From: an uncultured Bdellovibrionales bacterium
Lineage (GTDB): Bacteria; Patescibacteriota; Minisyncoccia; Moranbacterales; UBA1568
Direction of reading: 5' to 3'
Length of the DNA stretch: 59,131 nucleotides
Assembly (NCBI GenBank): GCA_964604195.1
Contig: CAZRXW010000002.1
Span: forward strand, 1 to 59,131
The notes under the pieces are model-generated. The model worked only from the letters and a program-made list of their open reading frames with translations. It did not search any database and was not told the origin of the DNA. The position numbers were made by a program, and so were the translations under genes. Of the stretch, positions 10,464-20,186 are shown one piece after another; position 1 is the stretch's first letter; every line of letters starts with the position of its first letter.

Positions 10464-11372
10464 TTAGCCCGCCACCGCCGCCATCCCCGCCGAAAGTTCC
10501 GCAATTTCCTGGGTAATTTTTTGTTGACGGAGCTGGTTGTAGGTAAGAGTGAGGTCAGCTACCATTTCCTTGGCTGCATCCGTAGCACTGCGCATGGCAA
10601 CCATTCGAGCTGCTTCCTGTGAAGCATTGGATTCCAGCACGGCATGATAGAGCTCGGCTTCGATGAGACGCGGAATAAGTGTCTCGAGCACCTGGGTTGG
10701 AAACGGCTCAATAAGAAAATCACCAGCCACCACCTCGTCTGTCTTAAAGCCAATCTCATCCAACATCTTTTTAGCATCCTTCTCAATGACCGGGAGCAGT
10801 GCCCTCAGTTTCGTTTTTTGTACCAAGGCCGAGACATAATCGGTATACACCATCACTACCCGATCTACTCGCCCAGATTGAAACTCTTCCAAAAGAATCC
10901 TCGTCACCGGTCGCATATCAGTTACTCGTGGGTAATTAAACACATGAGGGAACGAGGCAAGAATTTCTCCTTTCCCCCCAGGGCGGGTAAACATCCGTCG
11001 CACCGCTTGCTCCCCCTTTTTCCCCAAGGTAACAAAGACTGCCTCTCTTTCTTGATCAGCTTTTCGTGCCTCCCTCAGTTTCTTGAGCACCTGACTATTA
11101 AACGAGCCGCACAGTCCACGATTGGAAGTAATAACAATATAGAGCTCTTTCTTCACTGGTCTTTCCACCAAGAGTGGATGACTTTCTCTCTGTACAGCTT
11201 CGGTCACTCGATGAAGCACAGAAAGGGCTGACTGAGCATATGGACGCATAGCGAGTGCCCTTTCGACAGCTCGCCGCATTTTGACAGCGCTAATCATCTC
11301 CATAGCCCGGGTAATTTTTCCCGTGCCTTTGACTCCTTTGATACGTCTTCGAATGTCTTTGCCACTTGGCAT
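10464..11372 (-). CDS. atpG: F1 ATP synthase subunit gamma
   Basis: The N-terminal IKGVKGTGKITRAMEMISAVKMRRA and C-terminal LTYNQLRQQKITQEIAE helices are typical of gamma. Confidence 0.93.
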   Translation of the reverse strand: MPSGKDIRRRIKGVKGTGKITRAMEMISAVKMRRAVERALAMRPYAQSALSVLHRVTEAVQRESHPLLVERPVKKELYIVITSNRGLCGSFNSQVLKKLREARKADQEREAVFVTLGKKGEQAVRRMFTRPGGKGEILASFPHVFNYPRVTDMRPVTRILLEEFQSGRVDRVVMVYTDYVSALVQKTKLRALLPVIEKDAKKMLDEIGFKTDEVVAGDFLIEPFPTQVLETLIPRLIEAELYHAVLESNASQEAARMVAMRSATDAAKEMVADLTLTYNQLRQQKITQEIAELSAGMAAVAG

Positions 11373-11389
11373 ACCCAGTTTCAGTAAAA

Positions 11390-12889
11390 TTAAACAGCAA
11401 ACCCCTTCTTAAACTTTTCAATAAATTCTTTGAGAGCTGCTTCTACTGCCTCGGTCAGCGCTTTATCTTTGAGCAGGAGTTCTTTCACTGATTGCCCTTC
11501 GCTATCGAGCGCCACGAGGAATTCGCGTTCGAAACGATTGATATCAGCTACCGCTACATCATCGAGATAGCCACGAGAAAGTGCATACAAGACAGCCACT
11601 TCTTTCTCTACCGGTAGTGGTGCATACTGGGGCTGTTTCAGGACCTCAACCGCTCGACGTCCGCGCTCAATGAGTGACTTGGTCTTTTCATCGAGGTCTG
11701 AACCAAATTGAGCAAAGGCTTCGAGTTCACGAAATTGAGCGAGGTCGAGTCTGAGTGTTCCCGAAACCTGCTTCATAGCTTTGATCTGAGCTGCCGAACC
11801 CACGCGCGATACTGAGATACCGACGTTTAAAGCTGGACGAATTCCTTTGTAGAAAAGATCTGACTCGAGATAAATCTGCCCATCGGTAATAGAAATCACG
11901 TTGGTAGGAATATAGGCCGACACATCCCCTGCCTGAGTTTCGATGATCGGAAGCGAAGTCAGTGATCCACCACCATGCTCAGCACTCATCTTGGCACTGC
12001 GCTCGAGAAGCCTTGAATGGACATAGAATACATCTCCTGGATAGGCTTCACGACCTGGCGGCCGACGAAGAATGAGGGAGATCTGACGATAAGCTACAGC
12101 ATGCTTGGAGAGATCATCATAGATAACCAAGACGTCTTTCCCTTGGTCCATAAAGTATTCACCCATAGCGGTAGCAGCATAGGGGGCAATATATGAAAGG
12201 GCAGCAGATTCCGATACACCCGCCACTACGATAGTGGTGTACTCCAGAGCACCAGCCTTTTCGAGCTCCGCTTTAATACGAGCCACCTTTGATTCCTTTT
12301 GTCCGATAGCCACGTACATACAGAGGACATTCTGCCCTTTCTGATTGATAATCGTATCGATAGCTACCGCTGTCTTTCCGGTCTGACGGTCACCGATAAT
12401 AAGTTCACGTTGCCCACGGCCAATAGGAATAAGAGCGTCGATAGCCTTGATACCCGTCTGTAGTGGCTGATGAACTGATTGCCGAGTAATCACTCCGGGA
12501 GCAATTTTTTCTACTGGATAGAATTTTTCGGACTTCAGTTCTCCCTTGCCATCGATTGGTTGACCAAGCGCATTGACAACGCGACCTACCACTCCTTCGC
12601 CAACTGGAACGGAAAGAATACGGCCCGTAGCCTTTACTTGCATTCCCTCATGAATATCACCCATCTCACCCATGACCATCACTCCTACCTCGCTTTCTTC
12701 AAGGTTGAGCGCTACTCCGAGTGTGCCATTATCAAACTCCACCATTTCCGATGCCATCACCTCGGACAGTCCAGCGACACGCGCAACACCATCACCCACC
12801 TCCAGGACGGTGCCAATCGCTTCACGCACGGCAGCATGGTGAAACTGGGAAAGTTCTTTCTTCAGTTCTTCAATGAGTGGATTGGACAT
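11390..12889 (-). CDS. atpA: F1 ATP synthase subunit alpha
   Basis: Walker A GDRQTGKT, and [33 protein letters not shown]. Confidence 0.97.
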   Translation of the reverse strand: MSNPLIEELKKELSQFHHAAVREAIGTVLEVGDGVARVAGLSEVMASEMVEFDNGTLGVALNLEESEVGVMVMGEMGDIHEGMQVKATGRILSVPVGEGVVGRVVNALGQPIDGKGELKSEKFYPVEKIAPGVITRQSVHQPLQTGIKAIDALIPIGRGQRELIIGDRQTGKTAVAIDTIINQKGQNVLCMYVAIGQKESKVARIKAELEKAGALEYTTIVVAGVSESAALSYIAPYAATAMGEYFMDQGKDVLVIYDDLSKHAVAYRQISLILRRPPGREAYPGDVFYVHSRLLERSAKMSAEHGGGSLTSLPIIETQAGDVSAYIPTNVISITDGQIYLESDLFYKGIRPALNVGISVSRVGSAAQIKAMKQVSGTLRLDLAQFRELEAFAQFGSDLDEKTKSLIERGRRAVEVLKQPQYAPLPVEKEVAVLYALSRGYLDDVAVADINRFEREFLVALDSEGQSVKELLLKDKALTEAVEAALKEFIEKFKKGFAV

Positions 12890-12902
12890 AAGCGCAAGGT
12901 AA

Positions 12903-13298
12903 TTACAATTGACGTTTGAGTTCTTTTAAAACGCGGGTGAGAGAAAAATCATATTGAGTATCTTCCGTAAACATTTTCACACCACCGATGAGTTTTGGAT
13001 CTTCCTGAAAAAGGCTTTCTACTTTTTTCCCATCGTGACCAAAAAACTGCTGAGCTTTTTCTGCAAGAGCGCTCCGCATCGCCCCATCCAACTGCTGTGC
13101 CGAAACAACAGTTACCGTCTTTCTCCCCTCACGTTCATCGAGGAGTTTCTCGAGCGAACTCTCCACTGATGTCAGTAGCCCGAGAGACCGTTTACGACGG
13201 AGAAATGCTACAAGATTTTTCGCCAGTTCACTCGCTTCTACCCCTCCCTGTTCGAGCGAGAGTACCGCAGAAGCAATTTTGTTTGGGAGAAGACGCAT
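12903..13298 (-). CDS. atpH: ATP synthase subunit delta (short, 131 aa)
   Basis: Position between atpF and atpA, plus a C-terminal OSCP-like [18 protein letters not shown]. The N-terminal domain is shorter than usual. Confidence 0.75.
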   Translation of the reverse strand: MRLLPNKIASAVLSLEQGGVEASELAKNLVAFLRRKRSLGLLTSVESSLEKLLDEREGRKTVTVVSAQQLDGAMRSALAEKAQQFFGHDGKKVESLFQEDPKLIGGVKMFTEDTQYDFSLTRVLKELKRQL

Positions 13299-13303
13299 AC
13301 TTC

Positions 13304-13807
13304 TTATTGCTTCACCTGAGTTCTCTCCAATGACTGCCTCACAATTTCTTGATTGAGACCAGTATCAACTTTTTCACCAAGGATCTGCTTGGTCGCAAGG
13401 AGTACTGCATCGACTATCTCTGTCTTCGCCTCACGCAGAAGTTTTGACTGCTGTTCTGCTAAATGAACATCAGCTTCAGCAATCATGCGATCAATTTTCT
13501 GTTTTGTTTCATCAAGCATCTTCGCATCACGCTTTTTGGCTGAGACTTCCGCCTGAGACAAGATAGCGCGAGCTTCTTCTCGAGCAGCCGACAGGAGTTT
13601 TTTCTCCTCCTCCCGAGCAGCATCAAGCTGAGCTCGAGAAGTCTCCGCATCCTTGAGACCTTGTTCGATACGCTCCGTCCGTGACTCGAGTGCCCGGAGA
13701 ATTGGGCCATAGGCATACCGCTTAAGCACCCAAAGCAAGACTAAAAAGTTCACTGCTTGCGCTATAAGCAGTTTCCAATCGATACCGAGTTTGGAGAGAA
13801 TTTCCAT
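13304..13807 (-). CDS. atpF: Fo ATP synthase subunit b
   Basis: A single N-terminal TM helix followed by a long charged helix, in the expected operon position. Confidence 0.85.
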   Translation of the reverse strand: MEILSKLGIDWKLLIAQAVNFLVLLWVLKRYAYGPILRALESRTERIEQGLKDAETSRAQLDAAREEEKKLLSAAREEARAILSQAEVSAKKRDAKMLDETKQKIDRMIAEADVHLAEQQSKLLREAKTEIVDAVLLATKQILGEKVDTGLNQEIVRQSLERTQVKQ

Positions 13808-13829
13808 AGGAGAGAAAACCCGGCACTAT

Positions 13830-14084
<255 letters not shown>

Positions 14085-14143
14085 TTAAGAATTTATCCAG
14101 TATACCGCTTTTCTCTACTCCTGTCCATCTCACGAGAAATTCC

Positions 14144-14899
14144 CTAGTGCTCCGGTTCCAAGGTAGCCCCTTTGAGAAAAACAAGCGTGAGCATAGCGAA
14201 GACGATGGCCTGGATCAGACCGACAAACACCTCCAGAAAGAGGAATGGGAGTGGGAGAAAATATGGCACCAAGTGGAGCATCACGATAAGGAGCACTTCT
14301 CCAGCAAAAACATTTCCAAACAAACGAAAGGTGAACGAGACCGTTTTTCCTACTTCTGAAATGAGTTCAAGTACCCCTACCAAAGTCCCAATACCATACG
14401 GTTTATGAAAGGGACTGACCAAAAATTTCTGGGCATACTTCGTCACTCCGAGAGCAGCGATACCCGTGAACTGGATGGTGATCACAGCAATGAGTGAGAG
14501 AGCTAGAGTAAAGTTGAGATCAGCCGAGGTAGCCCGAATAAATGGGATGATCGTATGACTTCCTTCAGCATGATGACCGGTCAGTCCAATCGTATGCATC
14601 CCTGGAAGCAGCCCTACCCAATTAGAAAAAAGTACAAAAAGGAAAATGGTAGCGATCAGTGGGAAAAATTGGAGAGCTTGCTTACGATCTTGAGTTACCG
14701 ACTGAATAAGATCGAGTAAAGCCTCAAATATGACCTCCATCACATTCTGCTTCCCAGTTGGTATTTCTCTCCAGTTCACAGCTACCGAACGACAGAGCCA
14801 GATGAGACCAAGCGTCACCAAAACACCAATCAGAAGTGTGTTGGTAATGGGGAAGTTCCCCAGAGAAAAAAGTTGTTCGGCAGCAATAGAAATTTCCAT
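14144..14899 (-). CDS. atpB: Fo ATP synthase subunit a
   Basis: Polytopic protein with the FRLFGNVFAGE motif (essential Arg). Confidence 0.93.
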   Translation of the reverse strand: MEISIAAEQLFSLGNFPITNTLLIGVLVTLGLIWLCRSVAVNWREIPTGKQNVMEVIFEALLDLIQSVTQDRKQALQFFPLIATIFLFVLFSNWVGLLPGMHTIGLTGHHAEGSHTIIPFIRATSADLNFTLALSLIAVITIQFTGIAALGVTKYAQKFLVSPFHKPYGIGTLVGVLELISEVGKTVSFTFRLFGNVFAGEVLLIVMLHLVPYFLPLPFLFLEVFVGLIQAIVFAMLTLVFLKGATLEPEH

Positions 14900-14960
14900 A
14901 CAAAAAAGCGCTCAAGAGCGCCTCTAGTGTAGCAGTGGAAACAGTATGGGTCAAACGATC

Positions 14961-15374
14961 TCAATGGAGTGGCCCAACATATCCTTTAGCTTTCCGTAAA
15001 AATTCCCCCGTTCGGTTTGCTCGTCCTTCAAGTTGGGAGAGTGATTGAGTTAATCGGCTACGCTCCTCCACTGAAAGAGCTGGGTCATCAAGCTGATGCC
15101 GCAAACTCATTATATCGGTCTGGAGCTGAGTATAACGAGCTTCCTGTTGCTCTAAGAGCGCTATTGCCTCTGGACCAACAAGTAACTCCTTCATCTCGCT
15201 CCCCTCGAGGAGATCACGAGTAGAATCAGTGAAATCCTCATTAGGCTGGTGATGAGAGAGCGGATGGAACTCATTTACAGCAGCCTCATCGTCATCCCGA
15301 AAGATAGCCTGCGCCTCAGAAGGTACTTCTGCAGGTCTCCCTGGTCTTGGTGATGGCGCTTCAAATTTCATCAT
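14961..15374 (-). CDS. Hypothetical protein (137 aa)
   Basis: ORF in a co-directional cluster upstream of the atp operon. No motif. Confidence 0.5.
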   Translation of the reverse strand: MMKFEAPSPRPGRPAEVPSEAQAIFRDDDEAAVNEFHPLSHHQPNEDFTDSTRDLLEGSEMKELLVGPEAIALLEQQEARYTQLQTDIMSLRHQLDDPALSVEERSRLTQSLSQLEGRANRTGEFLRKAKGYVGPLH

Positions 15375-15398
15375 ATACAGAATATTGACTCAGTGACA

Positions 15399-15851
15399 TT
15401 AAATTTCTGGGCCATCAGGAAAAGCCATACGATACCTCGCTTTCCTTGCCTCGAGGCCCATCTCAGCAATTTTTAATTCATTATCAGCAATACGTTGCTC
15501 GAGCTCCCGAGCGAAAGTCTCAGCTTCTTTGCGCCGTTCAATAATATCCGCATTTACCTCAGGACTATTAGCCATATTGCTCATCATCCCAACAAACCCA
15601 GCGATCGAACCAAGAGCTTTGGCTTGCTTTTGCCGATCGGAAGCAATCTCAGCCTCAAGCACTTTCTTTTCAGTCTCAAGAGCAAGAATAGATTGTTGCT
15701 CAGCTTGTGCTTCTTCTGCTTTGACAGCTTTCTGTTCTGGAGTCAGTATTGCTTCCGACTTTACTTCAACACCCTTATCACCAGCCTGAGCTTCTGTTTC
15801 AGCTGCTATATGAGCAACCCAATCGAGCTCAGCATGATCCATTTTTCCCAT
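15399..15851 (-). CDS. Hypothetical coiled-coil protein (150 aa)
   Basis: ORF with A/E/K/Q-rich helical composition. Confidence 0.55.
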   Translation of the reverse strand: MGKMDHAELDWVAHIAAETEAQAGDKGVEVKSEAILTPEQKAVKAEEAQAEQQSILALETEKKVLEAEIASDRQKQAKALGSIAGFVGMMSNMANSPEVNADIIERRKEAETFARELEQRIADNELKIAEMGLEARKARYRMAFPDGPEI

Positions 15852-15869
15852 AATTCTATATGTTATTTA

Positions 15870-16952
15870 TCAGATCCCAACAAAGAGCTTGAGGTACCTA
15901 AGAATACTTCGCTCCAATACCTCCTGCATCAGGTCGCGCGTATCATTATCCTCTTCAATCTCTATTTTTGCTTTTAACCCTGTAATCTTGAGTAACATCT
16001 CATTCCTAAGCCCCTCGAACTCAGCTCGTTTCTCTTGAGCAACCGGCAAAAATTCTCGCTTTGAGGTAAGAGCTAGAGCTCGCTGCTGAGCTACCCACTC
16101 ATCAGCGCGCTGAGCAGCCTGGCGAGCCGCCTCCCAAAGAGCATCCTCAGACGGCATAGCTGGTGGCCGACCATTGAATATCTCATTAACCCCACCACCA
16201 GCAGGCACGCTCCGCAAACGAGTAGCTACCTCTTGTGGAGTTTCCAATCTAGGGTCATTTGTTTGTAACACCACACTCCCTGTAGTATGAGAGGTTATCA
16301 CAGCATCCCGCCACTCATTATCACGCTCAACTTTTTTATTAGATTTTTCAATCTCCACCCCCTCAAGCGCTCGCAGCGATTCGGCAGTGATACCAGGCGC
16401 CGTGTTTGACTTGGGAGCTAAGCGTGCCGCTGAACGTCTTTTGGCGTAGTCATCCCCTCCCAATACTACACCCGAGGAAAGCCCTGGGTCCTGGAGAGTC
16501 GCCTCCAAAAATCGGGGGGTCGTACGTAAATCATCAAGTCCTCGTTCACTTATCGGGGAAGCAGTATAACTTGTTTTAGGAGCAGGGACAAATCCGGCCC
16601 CGTAACGACTCGGATCATCACTCTGAACATGGGCGACTTGCGGCAAAAGAGGATCATTAAAAACTGGATGCTGGAGATTTTGTTCAAGAGTTTCTGCATT
16701 AATCTTCTGTTCTCCTATCCCCACCGTACTCACCGGAGTACTGGCCAGTACATCACCTCGAGGGAGTACTTTTGAAGGATCTGCGAAAGGAGAAGTCTTT
16801 TCTTCTTGTGAAGGCAGTGCAGATGGTTGATTATCGGCTCCGCTCACTCGCCGAATAAGAGCCTGCGTCTCCGCAAAAGCAGCTTGCTCTTCTGTACTTA
16901 GCTTCGGTTTCTCAGTCGGAGATCGGCCAAAAATTCTATCCATGAGACCCAT
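15870..16952 (-). CDS. Hypothetical protein (360 aa), low-complexity N-terminal half
   Basis: Long ORF with no recognised domain. Confidence 0.6.
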   Translation of the reverse strand: MGLMDRIFGRSPTEKPKLSTEEQAAFAETQALIRRVSGADNQPSALPSQEEKTSPFADPSKVLPRGDVLASTPVSTVGIGEQKINAETLEQNLQHPVFNDPLLPQVAHVQSDDPSRYGAGFVPAPKTSYTASPISERGLDDLRTTPRFLEATLQDPGLSSGVVLGGDDYAKRRSAARLAPKSNTAPGITAESLRALEGVEIEKSNKKVERDNEWRDAVITSHTTGSVVLQTNDPRLETPQEVATRLRSVPAGGGVNEIFNGRPPAMPSEDALWEAARQAAQRADEWVAQQRALALTSKREFLPVAQEKRAEFEGLRNEMLLKITGLKAKIEIEEDNDTRDLMQEVLERSILRYLKLFVGI

Positions 16953-17002
16953 AAAGGGAATCTGTCAAAAATTATTTTTCTTTCTGATAGTATACCACGA
17001 GC

Positions 17003-17863
17003 TCAGGACTCTTCAGGGGTATCAAACCTGCCAAAAACACTTTCTACATTACGATCTACTGCATCCTGCACTAACCCTTTGTCTACCCCCTGAAGATAAG
17101 CAATGGCCTCGACTACCCACAGGACAAAGCTCGGCTCATTCCGTTCTCCTCGCTTGGATTGTGGAGCAAGAAAAGGGCAGTCAGTTTCAGTAAAAATTCG
17201 CTCCAGCGGAATGAGTTTTACGGTTTCGGTCAAATCATCCTTGGTACCCAACACCGTTTTCTTCACTGGGTAGGTAATGTTTCCCGTAAAAGAAAAATAC
17301 ACCTTTGGAAGAGTAAGTAATTTTCTCGTTACCTCAGCGTCACCCATATAACAATGAAGAATGATCGCTCTTAGCTCTCCACTCTCCTTCTCCAATATTT
17401 CGTACATATCCTCGTATACCTGACTTTCGCCTATCTCTCCTCGGGCATGTACAATAAGCGGCAATCCTAGTTCGACAGCCAATCTCATTTGAGCGAGAAA
17501 TCCGGCTCGCTGCCACGCTTTTTGTTCATCGGTAATTGGTTTAGTTTTGTCATGAGCGAAGTATTCCAGCCCACACTCACCGATAGCAATGACCTTTTTC
17601 TTGGCAGCCAATTCTCTCAAAGCATGAATTGAGTGGCCGAGCTCTTGTACTGATCCCTCAGTAGCAAACTCCTGCGGATGAATACCAACGCTCGCATACA
17701 CACATTCGTACTGTTCAGTCAGCATTACTGCTTGCCGACTCTCTTCCACCGTACAGCCAATCACAAACATATTCTCGACACCGGCCGCGCGAGCGCGCTC
17801 AATCACTGCGTCACGATCCGCGTCATAGGTATGCCAGTAGAGATGAGTATGGATATCGTACAT
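17003..17863 (-). CDS. tatD: TatD-family metal-dependent hydrolase
   Basis: MYDIHTHL...(HxH), the conserved GECGLEY, and the overall TatD pattern. Confidence 0.88.
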   Translation of the reverse strand: MYDIHTHLYWHTYDADRDAVIERARAAGVENMFVIGCTVEESRQAVMLTEQYECVYASVGIHPQEFATEGSVQELGHSIHALRELAAKKKVIAIGECGLEYFAHDKTKPITDEQKAWQRAGFLAQMRLAVELGLPLIVHARGEIGESQVYEDMYEILEKESGELRAIILHCYMGDAEVTRKLLTLPKVYFSFTGNITYPVKKTVLGTKDDLTETVKLIPLERIFTETDCPFLAPQSKRGERNEPSFVLWVVEAIAYLQGVDKGLVQDAVDRNVESVFGRFDTPEES

Positions 17864-18021
17864 GCTGGTTGAATAGTAAACATAGAATATCGAACCTTAG
17901 CTAACTTGCCAAAATTCGAACCTCAAAATCAAGGTGTCATATTTTATGGTTTGAGATCATAAATTTGATTTTTTGATCATGGAATGCTACGGTACGAGCG
18001 TCATTTACTCTGGAGAGTACC

Positions 18022-18156
18022 ATGAAGAATGAGGGCCCAAGCCCGTTATCATTTGCTGCAATCCTTTCGATTGCCTTGGCCGCAATTGCGATCATTTTCA
18101 GCACTGACATTCCATGGGCTAACATTGGTGAAGCATTAGCCTCCATGTGGCGCTGA
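18022..18156 (+). CDS. Small membrane protein (44 aa), below the ORF-track cutoff
   Basis: GGAGA Shine-Dalgarno 5 nt before the ATG, one TM helix (LSFAAILSIALAAIAIIF), and an intrinsic terminator right after the stop. It competes with the 81-aa minus-strand ORF 17937..18182. Confidence 0.4.
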   Translation: MKNEGPSPLSFAAILSIALAAIAIIFSTDIPWANIGEALASMWR

Positions 18157-18183
18157 GCCCACCCATCCATTGCTCCACCCACG

Positions 18184-18210
18184 GCGGCCGGAACCTCGGC
18201 CGCTTTTTTT
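18184..18210 (+). terminator. Intrinsic terminator
   Basis: gcggccg-gaacct-cggccgc followed by T7. The T-run overlaps the convergent metG stop codon. Confidence 0.7.
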
Positions 18211-19693
18211 ATTTAATCCGTTGAAAGAGTGGTTCGACTTTCCCCGTTTGGAGAGCCGTCTCAATTTTTTCTGAGGTCGACGGAAGGAATGGTTTGAGAA
18301 GAGCTGCTATCACGCTTACTTGTCCGAGAAGATTTTCCATTACCTCTTTAAACTTCACCTCATCCGTTTTGGCGAGTTCCCATGGCTTCGTTTCATCCAC
18401 ATACTTGTTCGCCTCACGTACCTTGGTCCAAATATATTCCAAGGCATCAACTATCCGGTATTCTTCAATCAGTTGCTGTATTTCTCTTCCTAATTCTTGG
18501 TTCTTGGTTCTTGATTCTTGATTCTGAGCGAGGCGCATAACTCGACTCACGAGATTCCCCAGGCCATTGGCAAGATCAGCATTGTACTTCTCCGTCATTT
18601 TTTCCCACGACAAATCCCCGTCTTTGGAGTAAGGCAAAGCAGTCAGGAGGAGATAGCGCGTCCCATCGATACCAAATTTCTCCACGAGTTCACTTGGATA
18701 AATCACATTCCCAAGTGACTTCGCCATCTTCTGTCCGTTGATCGTGAGGTATTCGTGAGCATAGATGGTAGTCGGCAAAGGGAGCCCTGCTGAAAGGAGC
18801 ATGGCTGGCCAATAAATGGCGTGGAAACGAAGAATCCCCTTCCCAATCACGTGCACCCGCTCCGAATCACTCGCCCAAAACTTCTGATAAAGTTCGCCAC
18901 CCTCGGCATAGTCGAGGGCGGTAATGTAGTTGGAGAGAGCATCCACCCACACATACATAATCTGCAATTCATCTCCTGGTACCGGCACCCCCCAATTTCT
19001 CGCCCTCGCTACCGAACGGGAGATAGAGAAATCCTCTAGTCCCATTTTGATAAATGACACCACTTCATTCTTGCGATAGTCAGGATAGATTTTGAGCTTG
19101 TCACTTTCAATCAACTGCAAAAGTTGGTCCTGATAATTGGACAGTTTGAAAAACCAGTTTTCTTCCTCCACCACTTCTGGTTCTTTCTGATGATCAGGAC
19201 ACTTTCCCTCGACGAGATCTTTCTCAAGTTTAAATTCTTCACAACCAACACAGTAAAGGCCTTTGTAGGCTTTTTTGTAGAGATCTGCTGGCTTGAAAGC
19301 ACTCCACATTTTTTGTGCTCCAGCAAAATGCCGCTTCTCCGTGGTACGAATAAACTCATCAAACGAGAGATCAAGTGAACTTGCGAGTGCCTTAAACGCT
19401 TCGGCATTTTCGGCTACAAATTCTTCCGTTGGTCGGCCAGCTTTTTCAGCTGCCTGGACATTCTTGAGACTATTCTCATCAGAACCAGTCAGAAAATACG
19501 TCTCGTCACCAGCAAGACGATGATAGCGTGCAACGACATCCGTCAAAACCTTTTCCACCGCGTGCCCCACATGCGGTGCCGCATTGACATAATCAATGGC
19601 CGTAGTAATAAAAAATGGCTTATTTGAAGCTTTTTCTGACATATTCAAAGAATTTTTTGCCAATTTTTGGCTTATATGAGCCAACTCTATCAC
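18209..19693 (-). CDS. metG: Methionine--tRNA ligase (no C-terminal tRNA-binding extension)
   Basis: HIGH-type AAPHVGHA, KMSKS-type KMAKSLGN, and a CXXC knuckle. The likely true start is the ATG at 19642 (MSEKASNKPFFITT). Confidence 0.95.
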   Translation of the reverse strand: MIELAHISQKLAKNSLNMSEKASNKPFFITTAIDYVNAAPHVGHAVEKVLTDVVARYHRLAGDETYFLTGSDENSLKNVQAAEKAGRPTEEFVAENAEAFKALASSLDLSFDEFIRTTEKRHFAGAQKMWSAFKPADLYKKAYKGLYCVGCEEFKLEKDLVEGKCPDHQKEPEVVEEENWFFKLSNYQDQLLQLIESDKLKIYPDYRKNEVVSFIKMGLEDFSISRSVARARNWGVPVPGDELQIMYVWVDALSNYITALDYAEGGELYQKFWASDSERVHVIGKGILRFHAIYWPAMLLSAGLPLPTTIYAHEYLTINGQKMAKSLGNVIYPSELVEKFGIDGTRYLLLTALPYSKDGDLSWEKMTEKYNADLANGLGNLVSRVMRLAQNQESRTKNQELGREIQQLIEEYRIVDALEYIWTKVREANKYVDETKPWELAKTDEVKFKEVMENLLGQVSVIAALLKPFLPSTSEKIETALQTGKVEPLFQRIK

Positions 19694-19716
19694 CTTTTTT
19701 CGCTCCTGAGAATGAG

Positions 19717-19745
19717 TTGACTTTGATACTTTTTTGGTGTATAAT
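19717..19745 (+). promoter_or_regulatory. Near-consensus sigma70-type promoter
   Basis: TTGACT (19717-19722), 17 bp, TATAAT (19740-19745), 58 nt upstream of the ATG at 19804. Confidence 0.55.
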
Positions 19746-19803
19746 GTTGTGAACGGTCATCGTGCCGTTTGTAGTTCCCCAACAACTCTCGTGGAGAAAG
19801 AAC

Positions 19804-20142
19804 ATGGATTTTGCCAACGAAACCCGGGTGATCGATGAACAGCTCTCTGGCTTCGACGCCTACCTGTTCGACACCATCATGGGTATGGCCATCGTCATCG
19901 GCTGGTTGTGGGCAACGACGTGCTACCTGCTGAGCCCTCACTGGCTGCCACTTGAAACCAAGCGTGCTTGGCGCCGAGCTCTCGGCAAGGACTGGTCTCA
20001 AATCAAGTGGACCAAGCAGGACTTCCGTCAGGTTGGACTACAACCGCCCAAGCGCGAAGTCAGCGGCATTCGAATCGCGGTCGTGATGGCCGTAATCATC
20101 ATCACGACACTCATCACCTTCAGGCCAACCCCTTTCCAATGA
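19804..20142 (+). CDS. Hypothetical two-TM membrane protein (112 aa), locally GC-rich
   Basis: GGAGA Shine-Dalgarno 6 nt before the ATG at 19804 (the ORF track starts at 19762). Two hydrophobic helices. A stem-loop (20148-20177) lies after the stop. Confidence 0.55.
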   Translation: MDFANETRVIDEQLSGFDAYLFDTIMGMAIVIGWLWATTCYLLSPHWLPLETKRAWRRALGKDWSQIKWTKQDFRQVGLQPPKREVSGIRIAVVMAVIIITTLITFRPTPFQ

Positions 20143-20186
20143 GCCCCGAGCCCGACGCTTCTCATAGCGCCGGGCTCAAAAACTTT

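Noticed and set aside
12903-13298. Short (131-aa) delta subunit as evidence of a defective ATP synthase
   Set aside because: The C-terminal OSCP-like region and operon context are intact. Shortened delta subunits are plausible in reduced genomes, and nothing in the sequence indicates truncation by mutation.
14901-14922. Hairpin plus T-run immediately before the atpB start, considered as a terminator
   Set aside because: The stem is only 5-6 bp with a minimal loop, and the T-run abuts the atpB ATG, leaving no room for an operon promoter. Its function is ambiguous, so I did not call it.
17895-17935. tRNA-like GGTTCGAAT/GGTTCGAT strings on the minus strand
   Set aside because: The flanking bases cannot form a T-stem, and no acceptor or anticodon arms can be drawn.
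17937-18182. 81-aa minus-strand ORF
   Set aside because: It has no ribosome-binding site or operon context. The opposite strand has a Shine-Dalgarno-preceded 44-aa TM ORF followed by a terminator. I kept it only as a less likely alternative.
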